A DNA stretch of 64,000 nucleotides from an uncultured bacterium (GTDB lineage Bacteria > Patescibacteriota > Minisyncoccia > Phycocordibacterales > Phycocordibacteraceae): contig CAVXAH010000001.1 in assembly GCA_963759775.1 (NCBI GenBank), forward strand, positions 528,682 to 592,681. Reading direction: 5' to 3'. The position numbers were made by a program, and so were the translations under genes. Positions 20,597-27,392 of this stretch are shown in pieces (within the stretch, counting starts at the first letter, position 1; every line of letters begins with the position of its first letter). Below the pieces are notes generated by a model, which was given only the letters and a program-made list of their open reading frames with translations, searched no databases and was not told where the DNA came from.

Positions 20597-21698
20597 AAAT
20601 CTGCTCAAAAAATCCATCGGCATTTTCCTTGCCGTATTCTTTGCGCCGCATATGGTATCTGCGGCGACGCTGATTGGCGTTTCTTCTGTGTCGGCTATTG
20701 AAAAGGGAGAAACCGTTCCTATAGAGTGGTATCTGGACACAGAAGGAGACACTATTAATGCAGTTGAGCTCGGGCTTGTATTTTCTGCAGAGACTCTTGA
20801 CTTGACCGCGGAGCCAGGTCGCTCGCTGATTTCACTTTGGGTGAAAAGCCCCTCAGCAAACAACGAACTCGGACTCGTGACTTTGGTCGGAGGCGCACCG
20901 GGTGGACTCACGGGCGTGGTGCCGCTTTTCCGGACAAACGCAACGGGAGTTGTGGAGGGTCCCGCCGTGTTTGCGCTCACGCCCGACTCTCGAGTGTATT
21001 TGCACGACGGGAGCGGCACCGAAAAAGAGGTTGTGCTTCCACAGTTCCAACTATCGGTTGTTCCCGCACAAAAGCCCACCATTATTTCAAAGACGCACCC
21101 AGACCAAAACGCTTGGTATCAAAAGACGAACGTAGAACTTGCGTTCCCGTATGATCCGACGAAGAAGTACGGCTACACCTTTACAAATGATTTCAATAGT
21201 TTCCCCGGAGATGTGCCGCAGGAAACTATGGGCACGGTCTCGTATAAAAATATTTTTGATGGTGTCTACTATTTCCGACTCTCCGAAAGAGCCGCAGAGG
21301 GAACCGTACAAGATAAGGGAGTGTATCGCGTCCAAATTGACCGCACGCCACCCGAATCCTTCACACCACTTATTGCAACCAGCACCGACCTCTACGACGG
21401 AGAGTCCTTTCTTTCGTGGAGTACGGTTGATAAGACTTCCGGCATCGCATATTACCGCGTGCGGACCGGGTTCTTTGGCTTTTGGCGAGATGCCACCTCG
21501 CCACAAAAGCTTTCACGACCTCTCGTAGGGGACACGGTTCGCGTCCGAGCGTATGACACGGCGGGAAATTATTTTGATGCGTTCGCTCCTTTCCCTGGAT
21601 ATGTGAGTGTCCCGATCTTCTATACACTTATTGGTCTTCTTGGAGCACTCCTTGCCCTGTGTGGGGTGTATAGTCGTAGGAAAGACGTTCATTCATGA
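20580..21698 (+). CDS. membrane-anchored cohesin-like domain protein (paralog 1)
   Basis: ATG 20580 gives the signal MTGPAKNLLKKSIGIFLAVFFAPHMVSA|A and overlaps the upstream stop by 17 nt. The N-terminus is a cohesin-like beta-domain. A shared THPDQNAWY...YRVQIDRTPPE module follows. There is a C-terminal TM. Confidence 0.55.
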   Translation: MTGPAKNLLKKSIGIFLAVFFAPHMVSAATLIGVSSVSAIEKGETVPIEWYLDTEGDTINAVELGLVFSAETLDLTAEPGRSLISLWVKSPSANNELGLVTLVGGAPGGLTGVVPLFRTNATGVVEGPAVFALTPDSRVYLHDGSGTEKEVVLPQFQLSVVPAQKPTIISKTHPDQNAWYQKTNVELAFPYDPTKKYGYTFTNDFNSFPGDVPQETMGTVSYKNIFDGVYYFRLSERAAEGTVQDKGVYRVQIDRTPPESFTPLIATSTDLYDGESFLSWSTVDKTSGIAYYRVRTGFFGFWRDATSPQKLSRPLVGDTVRVRAYDTAGNYFDAFAPFPGYVSVPIFYTLIGLLGALLALCGVYSRRKDVHS

Positions 21699-23092
21699 AT
21701 ACATACCGTTTTTCGGTCTCTACCTTTTCTGCTTCGCTTTTTGCGCTAGGCCTCCTCTCGTTCCCTGGTCTCACCTTCGCTGCTGATATATATGTATCTC
21801 CCGCGACCGGTACGTACGCCGTCGGGTCTACTTTTACCGTAACGCTCCGGATGAATACGGCAGGGCAGGCGGTCAACACCGGAGAAATAACGGCTTCGTA
21901 TTCCACCGGCACACTTGAGCTTGTAGGATCCGCACAAGGATCTACTTTTTCGCTTGCTGCGCCAGGGTCACCGCGCCGAGGATCGGGCAGCGTATATTTT
22001 GGAGGCGGCATTCCGAGTCCGGGCTACACGGGTAGTTCGGGTTCGCTCGGCACACTTACGTTTAGAGTGAAGTCAGCAGGAACAGGAACCGTCTCACTTT
22101 CAAGTGGTAAGGCACTTCTGAATGATGGGTTTGGGACCGACGCATTTAAACAAGCATCAGGGGGTACGTTCACCCTGGTCTCTTCTGCCGCCCCAACACC
22201 ATTTAGTGCGCCGCAAGTCTCTTCTCCAACGCACCCAAACCAAAATAGCTGGTACGCCACTTCCTCCCCCGTCTTTACCTGGACACTCCCTGCGGGTGCG
22301 GACATGGTGAGCTTTGAGTTTGATCAGAAGAACAACACCGTTCCCGATACGAGTCCGGACCAATCGGGAGGGAACGCAACACTTTACACAGAGATTGAAG
22401 ATGGTGTCTGGTATTTCCACATCAGAGCGCGCGTAGGAGGGGTGTATGGCGCAACGACCCACTATCGCGCTCAAATAGACACCACGCCACCTGAAAAGTT
22501 CGCTCTCGGTGTCTCAACTGACCTCGCAGGCATCCCTACCATAAGCTTCGCCACGACGGACGCCCTTTCGGGTATACACCACTATGAGCTTGCGGTAGAC
22601 AATCTCACTATTGATAAAAGTGCGACCTCCTCAATTACTATTTCCAAAATAACCCGCGGGCGTCACACGCTCTCCGTGATAGCATACGACCATGCAGGAA
22701 ACGCCGAAGAAGCACAGGCGGTAGTTTCTGTAACAAAGACCTTTATGATATCCCTCAACATCATCATCTGGCTCATCATCTTCAACATCATCATAACGAT
22801 CCTCCTCCTCATCATCCTCTGGCTTGAAATACAAGAGCGCAGACGAGAGGGGCCGATAAGTGAACGCGTGAAGCGCGCAAAGAGAGATATTGACGAGAGC
22901 CTCAGCAGGCTTCGCATCCAAGCGCAGACTCGCTTGAGCACCATGTCTGATGTTCCGGCAAAAGACATTGTCTCAAAAGAAAAGATACTTGAAGATGAGA
23001 TGGCAGGAATTCTGCTTGAAGCAAAATCCCATATTGATAAAACCATCAATGACTTGGGAGAAATTCCTGAAAGGGGAGACGAAAGTAAGTAA
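21695..23092 (+). CDS. membrane-anchored cohesin-like domain protein (paralog 2)
   Basis: ATGA overlap with paralog 1. It has a signal peptide and the cohesin-like segment GSTFTVTLRMNTAGQAVNTGEITASY...LTFRVKSAGTGTV. It then carries THPNQNSWY...YRAQIDTTPPE, a TM and a charged coiled tail. Confidence 0.55.
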   Translation: MNTYRFSVSTFSASLFALGLLSFPGLTFAADIYVSPATGTYAVGSTFTVTLRMNTAGQAVNTGEITASYSTGTLELVGSAQGSTFSLAAPGSPRRGSGSVYFGGGIPSPGYTGSSGSLGTLTFRVKSAGTGTVSLSSGKALLNDGFGTDAFKQASGGTFTLVSSAAPTPFSAPQVSSPTHPNQNSWYATSSPVFTWTLPAGADMVSFEFDQKNNTVPDTSPDQSGGNATLYTEIEDGVWYFHIRARVGGVYGATTHYRAQIDTTPPEKFALGVSTDLAGIPTISFATTDALSGIHHYELAVDNLTIDKSATSSITISKITRGRHTLSVIAYDHAGNAEEAQAVVSVTKTFMISLNIIIWLIIFNIIITILLLIILWLEIQERRREGPISERVKRAKRDIDESLSRLRIQAQTRLSTMSDVPAKDIVSKEKILEDEMAGILLEAKSHIDKTINDLGEIPERGDESK

Positions 23093-23106
23093 CCGAAGGT
23101 TTTCTG

Positions 23107-23346
23107 TCAAAAGAGACGCTTCCGTGCAAAGGCAAATCCTGAACCGCGCTTTAGATATTTTTCGAAAGCGAGTGCTTTCGCCCTGCTTCTGAAGGCGGCA
23201 TAAAATTCAAGTTGCGGTGCCTGATATTTCTCCGTGGTTTTCACGTTTTTCGCTTGGTGAGCACCAAGTCTTGCTCGAAGATTCTCGCTGAACCCAACAT
23301 AGGTTCGATTGGTCGAATGATCTCGGAGAATATATACGTAATACAT
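23107..23346 (-). CDS. GIY-YIG nuclease family protein (small, stand-alone)
   Basis: MYYVYILRDHSTNRTYVGFSENLRARLGAH (GIY...YVG...R..H). I chose the internal ATG 23346 over the track start 23421. Confidence 0.7.
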   Translation of the reverse strand: MYYVYILRDHSTNRTYVGFSENLRARLGAHQAKNVKTTEKYQAPQLEFYAAFRSRAKALAFEKYLKRGSGFAFARKRLF

Positions 23347-23488
23347 TTCAAAAATATAAGCCCTACTACGCTTCTTAAGAAAGAAGCTTCGAAGGGCACT
23401 ACTTCGTATAGCAAAAACCACCCGATGTGATAATCAAGTGGTTTGTGCCGTGCACTTCGAAGCACTGAGTCTTCGAGGTGCGAAGTAG

Positions 23489-23926
23489 TGGAGGCGGGGA
23501 GAGTCGAACTCCCGTCCGAATCTGACGATGAAAGCGCTTCTACGACGCGTAGTTTTGATTAAGGTTTAGGAAAGGGTGTGAGAACCAAAACGAAACCACT
23601 CCTTTCCGATCCCGAAGCCCGTCACACTTATGCAGTGTGGCGGGCGAATTTAAGTAAGTCGGATGGGCGTCCGGCTACCGTACTCACAGATAATTCCGCC
23701 TCTCTCTGCGCTGTGAGCGCCGTGAAGAAAAAGACGTCGCTTAGGCGAAGAAGCCGTGAGGCTTACGCGTAAGCGAACGCAAAATCCTTCATACCGAAGT
23801 ATGGGGACTTTACGCTTGCAAGAGTGTTCTTTGCAAGTATGTTGCTCAATCGGATTTAGGTGGCAGATGAGCGTGCACCGCGTCGCGCGTTTTTCAAAGT
23901 ACAGACCGTCAAAGCCGGTCACCCCC
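23489..23926 (-). ncRNA. ssrA: tmRNA (SsrA), one-piece
   Basis: 5' GGGGGTGACCGGCTTTGACGG. 3' GGGAGTTCGACTCTCCCCGCCTCCA gives a T-arm plus an acceptor with G3.U70. The internal frame ends ...KDFAFAYA-TAA inside a hairpin. It is adjacent to smpB. CCA is not encoded. Confidence 0.85.
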
Positions 23927-23974
23927 TGAAAGCAGACGAATGTGTCTGCATCTGATTTCAGGGACCGATCGAAT

Positions 23975-24418
23975 TTAATGGTTCTTCAAGGCGCGCTCCG
24001 CTTCGCGCGTCGCGTCTTTTTTCTTCAAGTCTTCGCGGCGGTCAGTTTTGTTCTTCCCGCGCGCGATCATGAGTTTTACCTTGAGAAGTCCACGTATATT
24101 ATACACCTCAATTGGCACTATTGTCAATCCCTTTTTGGACTCCGCATCAGCCAAAACAGCGATTTCTTTCTTGGTGAGAAGGAGGCGGCGCGTGCGCTCA
24201 TGGTCGTAGTCTTTTTGGGTATTTGCACTCTGGTAGGGAGGAATCGTCATACCCACTACAAACGCCTCACCGCCGCGCACAATAACGCGCGCGCCATCTA
24301 ACTTTCCGTTTCCAGCGCGAAGTGACTTCACTTCGCTCCCCACAAGCTCCATACCGGCGGTAAAGGTTTCAAGCGGTGCGAAGCGAAGAAATGCTTTTTT
24401 ATTCTCTATAAGCGACAT
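23975..24418 (-). CDS. smpB: SsrA-binding protein SmpB
   Basis: 147 aa. The sequence ...GSEVKSLR...ARGK..DKR... is typical SmpB. It lies next to the tmRNA gene. Confidence 0.9.
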   Translation of the reverse strand: MSLIENKKAFLRFAPLETFTAGMELVGSEVKSLRAGNGKLDGARVIVRGGEAFVVGMTIPPYQSANTQKDYDHERTRRLLLTKKEIAVLADAESKKGLTIVPIEVYNIRGLLKVKLMIARGKNKTDRREDLKKKDATREAERALKNH

Positions 24419-24474
24419 GACGAGAGTATACCTTGCGATACACCATACCTTATATATGGTATATTTCCTCGGCT

Positions 24475-26424
24475 ATGGCACCTCCGCCGATTTCTAAAAA
24501 ACCGAAACAGAAAAAGGGACTCCCGGGAAGCGGGCGTGGTCCGAAGTTACCGGGCTTTGGTGGCTCGTCATTCATTGGAAATCTCATCACCACCGTCATT
24601 ATTTTCCTCCTTTTGATGAGTGCATACTCGCTCGTCACTGACCTCACGAAGAATGTAGAAGAAATAGCGCTTTCACAGGTGGCAAGCGATGTTGCGGCGG
24701 AAAAGGTTGTAAGCATCACCGTAAGCGGGGAAACGTTGAAGCTCACGTATGCTGATGAGTCGGAACGCGTGTCGCGCAAAGACCCATCTGCGGGCCTTCC
24801 AGAAACCCTTGCGACCTACGGCGTTACTCCCGAACAGCTCGCAAAAGTTTCTTTCACCATTGAAGGCCAGTCGGGCTTCACGTTCTGGTTTCTCCAGCTC
24901 GCACCGATTCTTCTCCCGCTCTTTTTCATAGGGTTCCTCTTCTGGTTCCTTACGCGCCAGGTGAAGGGGGCAGGGATGCAGGCTTTCACTTTTGGCCAAT
25001 CAAAGGCGCGCATGATTGACCCGGCAGATACGAGTCAGCGTGTGACGTTTGCGGATGTTGCAGGCGCACGCGAAGCAAAAGAGGAGTTGGTTGAGATTGT
25101 AGACTTTCTCAAAAACCCAAAGAAGTTTCTAGACATAGGTGCGCGTATTCCGAAAGGAATTATTCTTATGGGGGCGCCAGGAACCGGAAAGACTTTGCTT
25201 GCGCGAGCGGTTGCCGGAGAAGCAGGCGTACCATTTTTCTCCATCTCTGGCTCCGAATTTGTGGAGATGTTTGTCGGTGTAGGCGCATCGCGTGTTCGGG
25301 ATCTTTTCCAGCTCGCCAAAAAAAGTGCACCAGCGATTATTTTCGTAGATGAAATTGATGCCGTGGGACGCGTGAGAGGATCGGGAGTTGGGGGTGGGAA
25401 CGACGAGCGCGAACAAACCCTGAACCAAATCCTTGTTGAGATGGACGGTTTTGAACCCACCGAGAAAGTGATCGTTATGGCGGCAACAAACCGTCCTGAC
25501 GTGCTTGACCCAGCACTTCTTCGCCCGGGTCGCTTTGACCGCCGGGTAACTATTGATCTTCCAGACCGCAAAGACCGCAATGAGATTTTGGGAATTCATG
25601 CGCGCAAGAAACCGCTCGGTCCCGACGTGAAGCTTGAGGTTATTGCCGAGCGTACGCCAGGCTTCTCCGGTGCCGAGCTCTACTCTCTTATGAACGAAGC
25701 GGCCATTCTTGCCGCCCGCGAAGACAGAAAAGAGGTTACGCAATACGACCTTGTTCGCTCAATTGAGAAAGTGATGCTTGGCCCGGAGCGCAAAAGCCAC
25801 TTGCTCTCCAAAAAAGAGAAAGAGCTCACTGCGTATCATGAGGCGGGTCACGCGCTTGTCTCGTCGGTACTTCCAAATGCCGATCCCGTGCACAAAATTT
25901 CAATCATTAGTCGTGGGCGGGCGGCGGGCTACACGCTCAAACTCCCGTTTGAAGATAAAAAGATGCAGTCCCGCAAGCAATTTTTGGACGACATCGCAGC
26001 AACACTTGGCGGCTATGTGGCTGAAGAGATGATTTTTGGAGACGTAACGACCGGGCCTTCAAACGACCTTGCGGTTATCACAGCGCTTGCGCGCGATATG
26101 GTCTCTAGGTACGGCATGTCTGAAAAGTTGGGGCCAATTGCCTTTGGCGAGAGGGAGCTTGGGCGTGAGCCGTATTCTGATGCCGTTGCGGCGAAGATAG
26201 ATGCCGAGGTAGCGCGCATCATTGATGAAGCCAAAAAGCGCGCCCACGACGTGCTTGTTGAGCACCGCAAAACGCTTGATGCTATTGCGAAAGAGCTTGT
26301 TGAAAAGGAGACTGTAGAACGCACCGATTTTGAAAAGATATTGATTGCAAACGGCATTGTGCCAAAAAAGAGGGAGGAAGAGGGAATTGTCATTGCTCCA
26401 GGGAGCGCGGGTGGGAAGATTTAG
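24475..26424 (+). CDS. ftsH: ATP-dependent zinc metalloprotease FtsH
   Basis: Walker A GPPGTGKT-like ([11 protein letters not shown]), the SRH region, the HEAGHA zinc motif, and two N-terminal TMs. I chose ATG 24475 over the track TTG 24433. Confidence 0.9.
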   Translation: MAPPPISKKPKQKKGLPGSGRGPKLPGFGGSSFIGNLITTVIIFLLLMSAYSLVTDLTKNVEEIALSQVASDVAAEKVVSITVSGETLKLTYADESERVSRKDPSAGLPETLATYGVTPEQLAKVSFTIEGQSGFTFWFLQLAPILLPLFFIGFLFWFLTRQVKGAGMQAFTFGQSKARMIDPADTSQRVTFADVAGAREAKEELVEIVDFLKNPKKFLDIGARIPKGIILMGAPGTGKTLLARAVAGEAGVPFFSISGSEFVEMFVGVGASRVRDLFQLAKKSAPAIIFVDEIDAVGRVRGSGVGGGNDEREQTLNQILVEMDGFEPTEKVIVMAATNRPDVLDPALLRPGRFDRRVTIDLPDRKDRNEILGIHARKKPLGPDVKLEVIAERTPGFSGAELYSLMNEAAILAAREDRKEVTQYDLVRSIEKVMLGPERKSHLLSKKEKELTAYHEAGHALVSSVLPNADPVHKISIISRGRAAGYTLKLPFEDKKMQSRKQFLDDIAATLGGYVAEEMIFGDVTTGPSNDLAVITALARDMVSRYGMSEKLGPIAFGERELGREPYSDAVAAKIDAEVARIIDEAKKRAHDVLVEHRKTLDAIAKELVEKETVERTDFEKILIANGIVPKKREEEGIVIAPGSAGGKI

Positions 26425-26449
26425 GGCGCTTAAGCGGATAAAATAAAAT

Positions 26450-26475
26450 CCGCCGCGCAAGAATCTGCGCGGCGG
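26450..26475. terminator. bidirectional hairpin between ftsH and the minus-strand small ORF
   Basis: ccgccgcgca/tgcgcggcgg is a 10-bp stem. The minus-strand side is followed by ATTTTATTTTAT. Confidence 0.6.
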
Positions 26476-26495
26476 GGTTGTGTGGATGAATGGTT

Positions 26496-26591
26496 TCAGT
26501 TGTCGGTCGGGTCGATCATGGTGCTTGAGCCCCAGTCGACACCGTCTTTTGTTTTGCCGGGTGGGCGATTTTGCAGGAGTTTCTTTTTCAT
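26496..26591 (-). CDS. candidate 31-codon small ORF (MKKKLLQNRPPGKTKDGVDWGSSTMIDPTDN)
   Basis: It has its own TTGACT-18-TACTTA promoter-like pair (26672-26643, minus strand). GGAGAG sits 4 nt before the ATG. The terminator at 26450-26475 lies directly downstream. I see no homology. Confidence 0.3.
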   Translation of the reverse strand: MKKKLLQNRPPGKTKDGVDWGSSTMIDPTDN

Positions 26592-26696
26592 GCATCTCTC
26601 CGGTGTGGAGCTCACTTCCGAGCGTGGAAGAGCTTCCACCTATAAGTATGGCTCAGACACAAAAAGAGTCAATCGTGCTTGGTGGAGAAAATAAAG

Positions 26697-26719
26697 GCGG
26701 CGCACTTTTGGTGCGCCGC
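26697..26719 (-). terminator. intrinsic terminator of the 26734-27135 gene
   Basis: gcggcgcac/gtgcgccgc stem. On the minus strand it is followed by CTTTATTTTCTCC. Confidence 0.6.
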
Positions 26720-26733
26720 AGCCTCGAGATTTT

Positions 26734-27135
26734 TTAGGGTCGGTTGTACACCAACGACCGTACGTGGTGCGGAGGACACTCCTTCACCCATTGTTGTATG
26801 CACGTGTCGAGTATCCCCAACTTCTCAAACTCCAGAACCTTGGTGAGAGGTAGATATCCGATTTCATGCCACATGCGTGGCACGCTACTTGACCATCCAA
26901 ATGCCATCACGGCCTCATAGGCATCGTCACTCCGAGAGCTAAGAGGCTGAAGTCGCATGATGGCACTTACAGAATCCATCTGTGTCCCTTGTGGAAAATG
27001 TGCATACTTCGTGAGAATAGCAGTAACTTTCTTATTGAAGAATTCATTGAAGCGGACTGGTCCAACTTGATCTCCGATGCCAAGATCCACCTTGATTGCA
27101 TATCCATTTGGACAGCTCACTACGCGCATGAACAT
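26734..27135 (-). CDS. hypothetical protein
   Basis: 133-aa ORF with its own terminator. I recognise no domain. Confidence 0.5.
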   Translation of the reverse strand: MFMRVVSCPNGYAIKVDLGIGDQVGPVRFNEFFNKKVTAILTKYAHFPQGTQMDSVSAIMRLQPLSSRSDDAYEAVMAFGWSSSVPRMWHEIGYLPLTKVLEFEKLGILDTCIQQWVKECPPHHVRSLVYNRP

Positions 27136-27234
27136 ATGTTGTCCCCCCGGTAGTTTATGTGGCTACTTAGTCTCTCAAGAAGCTCCGAAAGTGAGGCTAG
27201 CACGAAGATAAGAAGAGTGTAAAGTAGTTTGAAT

Positions 27235-27307
27235 GCGCCTATAGCTCAATGGTTAGAGCACCAAGCTTATACCTTGGCGGTTCCACGTTCGAGTCGTGGT
27301 AGGCGCA
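27235..27307 (+). tRNA. tRNA-Ile (anticodon TAT)
   Basis: Perfect cloverleaf with acceptor GCGCCTA/TAGGCGC, anticodon stem CCAAG/CTTGG, loop C-T-TAT-A-C and T-arm CCACG-TTCGAGT-CGTGG. Confidence 0.85.
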
Positions 27308-27392
27308 CTTGCGGAGCAAGTGCGAGCCGTAGCGCGACGGCGCGAGGCGGGGTCGCAAGCGTTTTCAGCAGAAAACGACTGGTGACCACAGG
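27305..27392 (+). repeat. structured ~75-nt repeat, copy 1 (directly 3' of tRNA-Ile)
   Basis: H1 is GCACTTGC-gga-GCAAGTGC. The core is AGCGCGACGGCGCGAGGCGG (27331-27350). H3 is CGTTTTC-agca-GAAAACG (27360-27377). Confidence 0.7.

Noticed and set aside
23578-23922. ORFs 23578-23772 (+) and 23650-23922 (-)
   Set aside because: They lie entirely within the tmRNA gene.
26059-26595. 178-aa minus-strand ORF
   Set aside because: It is antisense to the conserved ftsH 3' end and reads through a terminator hairpin. Only its first few nucleotides coincide with the candidate small-ORF unit, which uses the next ATG in another frame.
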